Under the pieces are notes generated by a model that saw only the letters and a program-made list of their open reading frames with translations, ran no database searches and had not been told where the DNA came from. Positions 36,530 to 46,678 of a DNA stretch of 64,000 nucleotides are shown here, one piece after another; within the stretch, counting starts at the first letter, position 1; every line of letters starts with the position of its first letter. The stretch spans positions 23,759 through 87,758 of the forward strand of contig CALWDE010000007.1 of the NCBI GenBank assembly GCA_944376605.1, written 5' to 3'. This DNA is from an uncultured Bacilli bacterium. GTDB taxonomy: Bacteria; Bacillota_I; Bacilli_A; RFN20; CAG-826. Made by a program: the position numbers and the translations under genes.

Positions 36530-39500
36530 TTAAGCTACAAGAGTTAATGTGCTTCCAGAAACTGTGTAAGTATAAGTGCCAGCAGTTGTGGTAACAGTGT
36601 AACCTGTTACATCACCCGTTGTTTCATCAGTGGTTTCTGCTACTTCAACGTTGAAGTAAACTTCACCATCTTTGATAAGGCAATAACTACGGCCTGTTAC
36701 AGTTTCTCCATCAGCAGGATCATGAACACTTACAGAGATTAAGTTACTTCCTGTTCCTGTCATGGCAGCGTCCGCTCCTAAAGTGAATCCGAAGTCACTT
36801 GTGGTAAGAGCGTCTCCTCCAACTCCGATTGGTGAATAGTTAAGGCATTCTTTGGACATAAAGTATCCACTTGTACCGCGGAAACAAATCGCTTGAGTGC
36901 CGTTTGTATAGACGTAGTAATGAGTGTTTCCGTCTACAAATTCTACGTAAAGCGTTCCGTTTGCCTCTTCAATAGAACCTTCCACAGCGGTCACTAAACT
37001 GCTACTACCTTCCCAGTACAATCCATCTTCCGTTAAGGTGATTGTATAGTAGGAACTACCACTAATGCTGCAACCATTGTAGAGACCAAGATACTCGGAA
37101 TATTCTGTTAATGGACCAACATACGCAGCATAAGTTAAGGTGAGAGAGGCAGTATCACCTTTTACCACAACGTAATAGGTTTCTCCTTCTGTAATCTCAA
37201 TACGGGCAGTTCCATCTAAAGTGCCAATCAAAGCTTGAGAAGCAGTATAAAGTTCAACAGTAACTCCCTCTGTAACAGATGGAGCAATGGTGTATGCACC
37301 AGTAGCAAAGCCAGTGAAAGTGTAATAAACACCATCTGTATCTCCGCCATTAGCAAGAGTTAAGGTTGTTCCTTCCCAAGCAACTTCATGGGGATAAGCA
37401 AAGGCGTCACCTTCCTCTAACTTAGTAAGAGTGAAGTTAATTGTAGAAGAACTGGAAGGAGTACTACTATAACCGACATAGATATAGCAGTCGCCTGCAG
37501 TCTCTAAAGTAAAGTAGTCTTCGAGGTCTGTGCCATATGTGGTGTCACCCCAATAACCGCCGCTAGACTCCCCTTCTTCAGTAACAGTATGGACGGCTTC
37601 TCTATTTGCATCATAGATAACGACTTTCTTAGCGTAAGAGCTATTTCCTCCGTCTAAAGAAATGCGGTAGCTTCCTGCGTCAAGATGCGTGCCATAGTAA
37701 TAACAACCTACATTGCTAGGGAAGGCAATCGCAATACTTTCTCCTAAGGTGTAAGCGATAGGATTATCCATACTAGCACCTTCTGGTAAGTCGCCTAAAG
37801 TGATAGTAAAAGTGTCGCCTTCATCGAAGGTATCATCCCAAGAAGAAGAAACTTCTAGGTAATAAGTCACTCCTGCTTCAAAGGAAATAACGCTATAAGG
37901 ACTGGAAGCGGTATAAGTAGCTACCTCACTAACAGTTCCGTCTGCATCGGAATATAAAGTAAAGTTCCAACCATATGTTTCGCTAGAAGTGTGAGTTAAA
38001 GCATAACTGGTGCTTTCCGCCACTTCGATGCGGTAGAGATGAGGAATTCTTTGATCACGTCCCGCCGCGCGAGAGAGGTCTACTTCGGTTTCTACATTGA
38101 TTTCTAAGGTAGGCGCTTCGTCGAAAGAGTCTCCCTCTGCTGTAAAGAAGGCATAAGAGAAGCTGCCTGCATCAATTTCATCGCCCGAATAAGACGCACC
38201 TGCAGCAACGCGCAAGATTACAGATTCTCCTTCCGTCATATCGATGCGAAGCATTCTGTCATTAAAGCCAGTTATTTTCTTATCGCTTGTTGGATCGATA
38301 GCAGCTTCGTTGCCTTCAATTTCTTCATGCGTAGTAGCGTCATAAACTACAATTTCTGGATCATTAGAACTGTCTGTTTGTACATCATAAAGTTCAAAGT
38401 ACCATCCATCCGTAGTTGGAGCGGTGAACTCAATATAGTAATAGAGTAAATCGCCAAAAGTGGATGCTGTTCCGCTTGTTGCCTCGCTCACTTGAGCTGG
38501 TGAATCAATCGAGTAACCATCTGGAATATCCACATAGTGTGCATATAGATCAACATTAGTGGTAACAGGTGCTTCAAAGTCATACTTTTCTCCACCAGTC
38601 TCTGCGGTGTACCAGCCATCAAACATTAAGCCAGCTTCATTGGGAGAAGGAGTGCCAATATCCGCGACAGTTTTTCCGCCAATAACTATGCGTGTCACAT
38701 CTGCAGCGCTGCCATTTAAAGTGCCATCTCCAAGATGGAAGGTAACTGTATAAACTTCTGTGTCAGAGCAAATGACTTCTGTATCAGCAGATACCCAGTC
38801 TGTGCCAGCAGATAAAGCTGCCCATTCTGCTTCTGTTCCTTCGTAGTTAATGCGGCCAATCGTGCCATTAGTTAAGGCCTCGGGAAGCACTTCAACTTCA
38901 TGAGAAACATTGACCGTTCCAATATCGTTAGAGAACTGTGAATGCATATTCTCAGTGGTGAGATTCACCGCATCATAATTTAAAACATCTAAGGTAGGAG
39001 ATGAAAGAGCGTTATTCCCGATTTGCTCTAGGTCACGCGGGAAGTTCATCGTCTTTAAGGCGTTTAAGCCAGAAAGACAGTAGCTATCCATAATCGCGAT
39101 GGTATCTGGTAAGGTTAAAGTGGCGATATTGTCTTTATTTTGCAGCGACTCAAAAGCACCATAATTAGAACGATGTTCTGCTAAACCTGTAACAGTGCCA
39201 AGATGCGTAGCAACATAGCCTTCATAAGTATAGTATTCGCCAGGAACTGTAATGGCTTCTGTACCTGCAGGAATATATCCAGGCCCTACATAATAACCGC
39301 CATATGCAGCAGTATTGGTAACGGCATTATCTGTTAGAGTCTCCATCTCGCCATATGTCCAAGTGACTCCGCCCGTATCCGCTTCTCCCATAATGCCAAT
39401 CACGTTGCCAGAAATCTCTCTTGTGACGGGATCCCCTGTAACAGGAGTAGCGGTAAAGGTGATATCTAATTTGGCTAACTCTTCAGTAGAAGGAATGTTT

Positions 39501-39952
39501 TCCATGGTATACACCATAAAGTAGGTGCAAGTGTCAGGAAGTTCTTCCGTCCATTTTACCGAAGCAGCATCCGTGTATGAGGTGTATACAGTGGTAACAG
39601 GTAAGGTTACATCTCCTAAATCAGTGCCATCTTCACTAGTTAAAGAACGGGTGAAGCTTGCCGCCGATAAACCTTCATAGCCATCAAGAGCAGCGATTAC
39701 ACGAATTGAATAGGTACCATCATCTGCAGTGAAATACTGAATTCCTAAAGAGGTATGAATGGTGTCTACCTCTGCAGCATTTAAGCGTTTTGCAGGGAAG
39801 GCTAAAGCGTTTCCTTCTCCAATTTCCACCGAATCGCTAGGAGTCACTGCTTCTGGAGTAGTAATTGAGGTGATCGACATAGTTAAGGCTGCCGCGCTTC
39901 CTACAAGAAGAGAAGATAAGGCAGCAATTTTCATGAAACGATTGTTTTTCAT
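36530..39952 (-). CDS. large secreted surface protein (1140 aa) with BspA-type LRR segment and InlB-B/Flg_new-like repeat
   Basis: Sec signal peptide without lipobox. LRR_5-like stretch (LPDTIAIMDSYCLSGLNALKTMNFPRDLEQIGNNAL). Listeria/Bacteroides-repeat signature (FDGWYTAETGGEKYDFEAPVTTNVDLYAHY). Thr/Gly-rich beta-rich remainder. Confidence 0.65.
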   Translation of the reverse strand: MKNNRFMKIAALSSLLVGSAAALTMSITSITTPEAVTPSDSVEIGEGNALAFPAKRLNAAEVDTIHTSLGIQYFTADDGTYSIRVIAALDGYEGLSAASFTRSLTSEDGTDLGDVTLPVTTVYTSYTDAASVKWTEELPDTCTYFMVYTMENIPSTEELAKLDITFTATPVTGDPVTREISGNVIGIMGEADTGGVTWTYGEMETLTDNAVTNTAAYGGYYVGPGYIPAGTEAITVPGEYYTYEGYVATHLGTVTGLAEHRSNYGAFESLQNKDNIATLTLPDTIAIMDSYCLSGLNALKTMNFPRDLEQIGNNALSSPTLDVLNYDAVNLTTENMHSQFSNDIGTVNVSHEVEVLPEALTNGTIGRINYEGTEAEWAALSAGTDWVSADTEVICSDTEVYTVTFHLGDGTLNGSAADVTRIVIGGKTVADIGTPSPNEAGLMFDGWYTAETGGEKYDFEAPVTTNVDLYAHYVDIPDGYSIDSPAQVSEATSGTASTFGDLLYYYIEFTAPTTDGWYFELYDVQTDSSNDPEIVVYDATTHEEIEGNEAAIDPTSDKKITGFNDRMLRIDMTEGESVILRVAAGASYSGDEIDAGSFSYAFFTAEGDSFDEAPTLEINVETEVDLSRAAGRDQRIPHLYRIEVAESTSYALTHTSSETYGWNFTLYSDADGTVSEVATYTASSPYSVISFEAGVTYYLEVSSSWDDTFDEGDTFTITLGDLPEGASMDNPIAYTLGESIAIAFPSNVGCYYYGTHLDAGSYRISLDGGNSSYAKKVVIYDANREAVHTVTEEGESSGGYWGDTTYGTDLEDYFTLETAGDCYIYVGYSSTPSSSSTINFTLTKLEEGDAFAYPHEVAWEGTTLTLANGGDTDGVYYTFTGFATGAYTIAPSVTEGVTVELYTASQALIGTLDGTARIEITEGETYYVVVKGDTASLTLTYAAYVGPLTEYSEYLGLYNGCSISGSSYYTITLTEDGLYWEGSSSLVTAVEGSIEEANGTLYVEFVDGNTHYYVYTNGTQAICFRGTSGYFMSKECLNYSPIGVGGDALTTSDFGFTLGADAAMTGTGSNLISVSVHDPADGETVTGRSYCLIKDGEVYFNVEVAETTDETTGDVTGYTVTTTAGTYTYTVSGSTLTLVA

Positions 39953-39964
39953 TTTCTCTCCTCC

Positions 39965-40867
39965 TTATAGCGTAGGCCAGGTATCAATCGTACCATCGCC
40001 CTCTCCCGCTTCTCCTCCCTCATGGAAGGTAACAACATTCACAACAAAAGAACCAGCCTCGTAAGCATCGCTTTCCACAATAATGGTAGCTCTACCAGCA
40101 GAGATAGCAGTGGCTTCTCCTGTCGCCTCGTCAATGGTTAAGACGTCTTCGTTCGTACTTGTCCAAGTAAGCGTTCCTTCTGCCTCAGCCACATAAGTAG
40201 CAGTTGCACCCACTAAAAGTTCACTTTCACCAGTAATGGTAAGTAAATCCGTAACCGTTACTTCTAATGTTCCGTGCCCTGTTTCTGTTACCGCGGTAAT
40301 GGTAGCAACTCCGCCACCAACCGCTGTAGCCGCCCCAGTAGCAGGGTCAATGGTAACAACTTCTGGGTCACTACTTGTCCAAGTTACGCCTGTAGTTCCC
40401 GCTACAGTATATGTAGTAGTATCACCAGCAGTCAGAGAAGTAGAACCCGTAATAGTTAAAACGACAGGGTCAGTAATCGTAACTTCTAAATTGCCAGCAC
40501 CATTACTTCCCGTAGCGGTGATTGTTACAGTGCCTGCGCTTAAAGCAGTAGCAACACCCGTATCTTCTACAATAGAAAGAATCGTGTCATCACTACTTGT
40601 CCAGATAACATTTTCTCCTTCTGGTGCGGTATAAGTTTCCTCATCCCCAGTCAGAAGAGTGGTATCTCCTTCAATGGTGAGAGTAATGGGAGGAATTTCG
40701 CTTGTACTTGAGGTGCCAGAAGACTCTGAAGTAGAAACGGATGAAGAAGTAGAAGTGGATGAAGAAGTATCATCAATACTCGAACTTGTTGTAGATGATT
40801 CCCCTCCTCCACATGCCGCAAGCAGTAAAGCTGCTGCAGCAATGACAATTGGAATGGATTTTTTCAT
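39965..40867 (-). CDS. lipoprotein with three tandem bacterial Ig-like (Big_2-type) domains
   Basis: Lipobox LLAACGGG plus S/T linker. Three ~70-aa repeats (ITGST.L.AGDTTTYT...WTSSDP.V.TID..TG.ATA...G.ATITA). Confidence 0.65.
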   Translation of the reverse strand: MKKSIPIVIAAAALLLAACGGGESSTTSSSIDDTSSSTSTSSSVSTSESSGTSSTSEIPPITLTIEGDTTLLTGDEETYTAPEGENVIWTSSDDTILSIVEDTGVATALSAGTVTITATGSNGAGNLEVTITDPVVLTITGSTSLTAGDTTTYTVAGTTGVTWTSSDPEVVTIDPATGAATAVGGGVATITAVTETGHGTLEVTVTDLLTITGESELLVGATATYVAEAEGTLTWTSTNEDVLTIDEATGEATAISAGRATIIVESDAYEAGSFVVNVVTFHEGGEAGEGDGTIDTWPTL

Positions 40868-41099
40868 AGCATCCTTCTCCTTTTCGTGCCCCTTTGAAGG
40901 TAAATTAGCAAGGTTTTCTATTTTTTCAATTTTTTGTTGCGATTTTCACTTTTTGTTTGCAAAAGGAGCCATTTCTTGCGAAAAAATGGCAAAGAACGCA
41001 TGTTTTTTATTGACATCTTCCCATACTCTTCTAACTTAACGGGAGGCCGGCCTTTATGGCCCCTAATTTTGTTTAAGCATTGGAGGATTTAATACATTA

Positions 41100-41864
41100 A
41101 TGAAAAAAATACTCTTACTTGCTGCTGTCCCCTTGCTGCTCCTATCCGCATGTGAAGGAGGGGAATCCTCTTCCGGCAATTCTTCTTCCTCATCCAGTGA
41201 TATCTCTTCTTCGCTTCCTGTAACGGAAGTACCTGAATATGATGATGAGTATGATGTTGCTACCTCTGATTATCTTACAGAGTTCGCGGTAGGAAAGGTT
41301 CTCGCAACAGGAAGTAGCTGCACCATTACAGTTCGTTTTCCAGAATATGGAACAACCGTAGGAGCAACTGCAGAGATTCTTCAAAGTGATATTGCAGAAA
41401 TCTCTCCTGCTGCAGAAGATCATTCGAGTTGGACTCTCACTGGTTTAAAAGCAGGAAAGTTTGTCCTTATTATTCGTGATGCGGACAATAATATTCACCT
41501 TAGAAAGACTTTAGAGGTACGTGATCCTATCGCTATTGAAGATATGGAAGATTACCTTGTTTACGAGGTAGACCATTTCCAAAGTTGGGTAATGTACTTC
41601 CTCAATATGCAGGTGACCTTTATTGGGAATCAAACCGCTATCGCGACAGGCACAGATGAAAATGGCTCTAATTTTGGTTCGATTACCTTTAATTATGAGT
41701 ACAGTGAAACTAGAGGAGATGAATACATCTACCAAGTTTTAAACTGGGAATCTAGCGCCACTTCTATGGTACCATCTAATTTCGCTATTTATAACACAGG
41801 CGAAATGGCACATTTATATGATGGCAACGGGGTTTATGCAGTATTAACACCCGTGTTTGCATAA
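41100..41864 (+). CDS. lipoprotein, hypothetical
   Basis: Lipobox LLSACEGG plus S-rich linker. Confidence 0.55.
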   Translation: MKKILLLAAVPLLLLSACEGGESSSGNSSSSSSDISSSLPVTEVPEYDDEYDVATSDYLTEFAVGKVLATGSSCTITVRFPEYGTTVGATAEILQSDIAEISPAAEDHSSWTLTGLKAGKFVLIIRDADNNIHLRKTLEVRDPIAIEDMEDYLVYEVDHFQSWVMYFLNMQVTFIGNQTAIATGTDENGSNFGSITFNYEYSETRGDEYIYQVLNWESSATSMVPSNFAIYNTGEMAHLYDGNGVYAVLTPVFA

Positions 41865-41877
41865 AGAAAGGAATCTT

Positions 41878-44607
41878 ATGGCTAAGAAAAAAATTGCTTT
41901 GCTCCTCATTCCTGCAGCTGCTCTTATTTTGGCAGGCTGCGGCGATACAGGCTCTTCCTCTACCACTCTTCCTGGTAGTAGCGGCTCTGACACAACTAGT
42001 TCCATCGGAGGAGGTTCTTCTGATAGCTCCTCTAGCTCTACCCTCCCTGCCACGGAATACCAAGTAAATGTTCCAAGTAAGAACGGCGTCACCATTACCG
42101 CTGATAAAGAAACAGCAAAAGCTGGCGATACTGTCACTCTTACCATCATTTTACAAGATGGCTATTCCTTAACAGGATTAACCGTTAATGGCGAAGAGAT
42201 TTCTTTTGAAGCAACAGGAACTACCTTCACTGTTACCTTCACCATGCCCGATTTTGACGCCCATATTGACTGCACTTTGTCTCTTACTAACGCTACCGTA
42301 GCAATCGGCGGCGATGTAGTCGCAGCCATGACGGAAGAAAATGGCGTTTATGTTGCCAAAAATGTGAAAGCAGTGAATACATCCAATATTTATATTGCTG
42401 TTGCAGGAGAAAATGGCGCTTATACCTATTTTGCTTATGGCGAACTTGCAAGAACCAAATGCTTTGGTGAAATTACCTATTCTGATCTTCAATTTAATGA
42501 AGTCACTCTTCCTGGTGGAGCAATCACTGGTGATCAAGCAAAAGATTCTTTAATTGAATTAGGCGGAAATGCTGCCTATGACATTACCTATGATCCTGCT
42601 GCAGGAGAGGTTTATATCCAAAGAGTGGATGTCTTGAATTTACCTTCCACTCCTGAAGCGTTTGAATCGCTATTTGCTGGAAATATTCTTAGCGAATCTT
42701 CCAACTATCCTGCTAATGTGAACGCTGTTACCTTCAGTGACAACCTAACAGGCAATGATTATAGTTGGAAGCTTTATGCCAATAACACTTCCTTAGCAAC
42801 CGTAACAAATGAAGACCGCGGTAGAACCTCTTATGTTTATAAGACCGTGAAGGATGGTGTTTATACTGTTGTAGATAACTATATTGAAGGCGTTACTTAC
42901 ACAAATCCTTATAGTGATGGTAGAACCAATCTCTATGTTGATGATTCTGCTTCAGAAGACACTTACGCTTATAGTGGAAAATATAACGTAGTAGACGTTG
43001 TAGAAAGCGGAGCAAGAGATCATCAAATTAGTGAAGAAGATGCCTTATTTACCGCCAATCACTATTCTCACGATATGTATTCTATCGACAGAATGCAGTG
43101 GGAAGGCTACCGTAGTTCCTATAGCTTAGAAGATGACTTAGTGGATGCAGGTAGAGTCGTTACTTCTGTAGAAAATGCAGACGGCAGCTTCACTACAACC
43201 ATTTCTTCCTATAAGACTTTTGACCCTGTCAACGCCAATTCTGCCTATGCCAGAATGACAGAAAGAACACACATTGAATACGACATTGTCACTACCTTTA
43301 CTGCTGCCGGCGCACCTCTTGAAGGTTCTTACCGCGAGATGAAGTATGGGCAAAACGAATATAACTTTGATGATGGCGAGTTCTATCCTGGTATGGAACA
43401 AAATGGTGGAACCTTAGTCAAACGTTTCAACTACACTTATTCTTATGGTGATGCTGATACCGCCACTCCAACCTTTGACGCAGATCCTTATTTTGCCACT
43501 GCTGTTACTGCGCGCTTAGAAGATAGTGACGGCAACGATGTCACCTCTACCCCAGTCAATGGCGGCTGGAGCACCGCAGATGATGAACCAGCCTTAGTCA
43601 TTGAAGCGACAGGAGAAAATGCTTCTACCGCTCTTGATACATGGCAATATGGCGTAGTTTCTTCCTCTTCCAACGTCTTTGTTCCTGATGAGTGGGTGCA
43701 GGGCGTTTATGTTGCAAGCAACACCGTTACAGGCACTGCAACCTTAACACTTGGTAACTTCGTTGATAATAACGCTGCAGGTACCATTGATATCACAGTA
43801 GAAAATGCACCTGTTCATGGCTTCTATTTGACTTCTGAAGATCGTTGGACAGAAGACTGGCACTTAACCTCTGCGGATACTGCTCAACTTTATGGCGGAA
43901 CAACATGGGTTGCTGGATTACATTCTGCAGGCGAAGATAACGCCAATCTTAATAACGTTACTGCTACCTCGAGTGACGAAAGCGCCTTAACCGTTTCTAT
44001 TGATGTTGAAAATAGAACTATCGCCTTTACCGCCGCTCCCACCACCACCCAAAAGACAGTAACTGTTACCATTACTTCTACCGATTATGAAGAAGGCTGG
44101 GGAGATGGATATGACGTCTTCACAATTACCATTCTTCCTGGAAACGGAATGATTGAAAACGATGATATCGTCGGAGACTGGAGAGTAGAACTTTCGGAAG
44201 ATGTCTATGACTACAATCCTGATGATCCAACCGTGTTAAGCTTCCATGATGATGGAACTGGCACTTTAACCTTAGAAGATCCTGATTGGACAGCAAGTTA
44301 TTCCTTCAACTGGGAATATGATTCCAACACCAACGCTCTCAATGTCACTGGTATCCAAAAAGTTTCTGGTACAGGAACCTTTGGTTATTACCAAATGTTT
44401 ATTGCTATTGAAATTGCTGGACAAGATGCAGGCGGAAATAACCTCTATAAACTCGGTTCCATCTTCTTTGGTGCAACTGATGATTTAGAATCTTACACCA
44501 CAACAATAACAGACATTCTTGGTTCTTACGCCACAGATGAAGAAGGATATCTTGATCCAAATTATTCCGAATACGTCTTCTTTGTGAACACTTCTTTAGT
44601 AGATTAA
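41878..44607 (+). CDS. large surface lipoprotein with Ig-like/InlB-B-like repeat modules
   Basis: Lipobox ILAGCGD. I place the start at MAKKKIALL (41878) after a GAAAGGAA RBS; the track ORF starts at 41857. AGDTVTLTIILQDGYSLTGLTVNGEEISF...TFTVTFTMPDFD repeat type shared with 63238-64000. Confidence 0.6.
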   Translation: MAKKKIALLLIPAAALILAGCGDTGSSSTTLPGSSGSDTTSSIGGGSSDSSSSSTLPATEYQVNVPSKNGVTITADKETAKAGDTVTLTIILQDGYSLTGLTVNGEEISFEATGTTFTVTFTMPDFDAHIDCTLSLTNATVAIGGDVVAAMTEENGVYVAKNVKAVNTSNIYIAVAGENGAYTYFAYGELARTKCFGEITYSDLQFNEVTLPGGAITGDQAKDSLIELGGNAAYDITYDPAAGEVYIQRVDVLNLPSTPEAFESLFAGNILSESSNYPANVNAVTFSDNLTGNDYSWKLYANNTSLATVTNEDRGRTSYVYKTVKDGVYTVVDNYIEGVTYTNPYSDGRTNLYVDDSASEDTYAYSGKYNVVDVVESGARDHQISEEDALFTANHYSHDMYSIDRMQWEGYRSSYSLEDDLVDAGRVVTSVENADGSFTTTISSYKTFDPVNANSAYARMTERTHIEYDIVTTFTAAGAPLEGSYREMKYGQNEYNFDDGEFYPGMEQNGGTLVKRFNYTYSYGDADTATPTFDADPYFATAVTARLEDSDGNDVTSTPVNGGWSTADDEPALVIEATGENASTALDTWQYGVVSSSSNVFVPDEWVQGVYVASNTVTGTATLTLGNFVDNNAAGTIDITVENAPVHGFYLTSEDRWTEDWHLTSADTAQLYGGTTWVAGLHSAGEDNANLNNVTATSSDESALTVSIDVENRTIAFTAAPTTTQKTVTVTITSTDYEEGWGDGYDVFTITILPGNGMIENDDIVGDWRVELSEDVYDYNPDDPTVLSFHDDGTGTLTLEDPDWTASYSFNWEYDSNTNALNVTGIQKVSGTGTFGYYQMFIAIEIAGQDAGGNNLYKLGSIFFGATDDLESYTTTITDILGSYATDEEGYLDPNYSEYVFFVNTSLVD

Positions 44608-45123
44608 TTTCTCAAAGGAATTGTGTTGTCTAAGGCTGCTCCTATGGGGCGTCCTTTTTCGTATATAGCTCATGGTCACATCACAATTAAAAAGTTCATG
44701 CAGTGAAAAGGCGGACTAATTTAAGGCTATAAGTTTTATTTCAGTGATAATGTGGAGGCAAGGATAATGCCCACAGCAACGTTGACGTAACCTTGTGCTT
44801 GGTCAATCCCTCACAAGGCGCATCAACATTTTTCGCCACCATAAAAAACTTATCAAAGGGAATAAAAGTAAATTTAAATCCATCATGAATGCTTGCAGGT
44901 TGACTCATGCATTTAACATCTAGTTTTTGCTCTTTCAAACTATAGAAGTAGGGAGCTCCCCCGGAACGATTTTCAGAAATCTCTTTCAGTGTCTTAACTG
45001 TTTGATTAAAGAGTAAAAATAACGCGTGCTGGAATATAAATGGTATCTAGATTTCAAAAATATTTCCTCTAAATCAAAAGAGAAGGAAGATATAAAAGCG
45101 AAAGAAATATGGCCTTTTTGCAA

Positions 45124-45153
45124 AGAAAAAACCACACAGGATCACTGTGTGGC
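45124..45153 (-). terminator. intrinsic terminator of lipoprotein gene 45174-46532
   Basis: CCACACAG-gatca-CTGTGTGG hairpin with a U6 run on the minus strand. Confidence 0.65.
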
Positions 45154-45173
45154 CTATTCTTTAAAGAAGTAAA

Positions 45174-46532
45174 CTAACGGAGATTATTCGTATCTAAGAA
45201 GGTTTCTACTGCAGCAATTTCACTTGTTCCAAAATCAAAGTATGGATAGATAGCAGTGTTATTTTCTGCGCCAGAAAGCCCGTAATACATTGTGAAGGTA
45301 ATTCTTGTTTCGTTTTGATTATCCGCGTTTTCAATTTCCATTCTTAAACGGTGAGAGGTTGCTCCAATGCTAGCTAAGTCAACTCCATTGTTATCAGCAA
45401 AATCAAGAATCAGTTCTTCGTTATAGAGTTCGTAAATGCCTTCATCTACTTCCTCAAACTCTTCCAAGTGATTCCATAACTCCATGTTGCAGGGATAGTT
45501 GTAATTACTCTCATCATAGATAGTAGGAGAACTGTTATAGGGACGATAGATAGGATTACCACCAGACCCAACTCCCGCTGCAACCATAGTGACTGCGCCA
45601 TTTTGCAAATAGAATAAATAGGAACCATATAAATCATTTCCTAAATAACTTACATGATTAAAGGCCATCATTCCTTGCGAGAAGATCTGACTTTCCCCTG
45701 TATAGTCACCATAGAAATAAGTAGGAAGGAAGTACTCATAACCATCACTTTGTAATGTGGAGTAGTTAATGACGTCTCTGGTGTAATTCATTTCTGCAAA
45801 AAGAAGACGGGAAAAATCTAGGTCAGTAGGAACCACAAAAGCAGAACCGCCATCAGCCAAGAAAGCTTCTACCGTTTCGGAAGTAGTAATACCAATATTT
45901 TCAATGGTCATCTCCCAGACTTGATAGGTAAAAGTAAGAGTGATGGTGAATGTAGAAAGGGTATCCCCGACTTCTACTGTTAAATCCTCAATGGAAACAA
46001 TTTGGGAAGGATCCATACCCATCATATCAAGGATCGTTAAGCGGGCAGCTTTATTGGTGACGCTCATCTCCTTTTCCCCAGGAGTGAACCAAGAAGCGTC
46101 TAAATCCGCTACAGAGGAGAATAAATCTCCCCCATATAAACTTGTTTCTCCAGCGATAAGTTCGCCTCCGACAAGAGTTTCTCCTCCTTCACTATCTGTT
46201 TTCATAGTTAAAGGATAAATGCCCTCTTCTGAAGAAACATAACCCCATTCTTGCCCTAAGCGGTCAGAATACACGTAGTTATTTGTGTAGTAATTATTGT
46301 AATAAATACCTAATCCGCCATTGCGGTCATAAAGTTGATAGTAAGCAGTATAGTTATGAACATCATTTAAATAGGTAGCTGCAGAAGCTAAATCCGTGAC
46401 AGCTGTAGAATCATTAATATCTGGTGTTTCTCCACTAGAAGTGGAAGCACCACCCGTATCACAACCCGTCATAGCGAGTACACTTGCAAGCGCAATCACA
46501 ATAGGAAGTTTTTTCACTTTGTTTTCCTCCAT
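45174..46532 (-). CDS. surface lipoprotein, family C (paralogs at 60206-61717 and 61727-63199)
   Basis: Lipobox AMTGCDTGG. Tyr/Asn-rich beta-rich protein. Confidence 0.55.
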   Translation of the reverse strand: MEENKVKKLPIVIALASVLAMTGCDTGGASTSSGETPDINDSTAVTDLASAATYLNDVHNYTAYYQLYDRNGGLGIYYNNYYTNNYVYSDRLGQEWGYVSSEEGIYPLTMKTDSEGGETLVGGELIAGETSLYGGDLFSSVADLDASWFTPGEKEMSVTNKAARLTILDMMGMDPSQIVSIEDLTVEVGDTLSTFTITLTFTYQVWEMTIENIGITTSETVEAFLADGGSAFVVPTDLDFSRLLFAEMNYTRDVINYSTLQSDGYEYFLPTYFYGDYTGESQIFSQGMMAFNHVSYLGNDLYGSYLFYLQNGAVTMVAAGVGSGGNPIYRPYNSSPTIYDESNYNYPCNMELWNHLEEFEEVDEGIYELYNEELILDFADNNGVDLASIGATSHRLRMEIENADNQNETRITFTMYYGLSGAENNTAIYPYFDFGTSEIAAVETFLDTNNLR

Positions 46533-46678
46533 TTTCTTAACGCAGTGCTCAAAGTATCACTAGTGAGCAAATAAGTCACGCTTTACCTTTCTATATTCGT
46601 CAAAATCGAGTAGAAAGAACTCTAACAGCGACAATCTTTCTCTTACCTATTTTGTTACATCGTTATAATTAGGACACG

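Noticed and set aside
44741-44938. 65-aa minus-strand ORF in the 44608-45173 spacer
   Set aside because: It requires a TTG start, has no SD and no recognisable motif. It is kept only as part of the noncoding-region finding.
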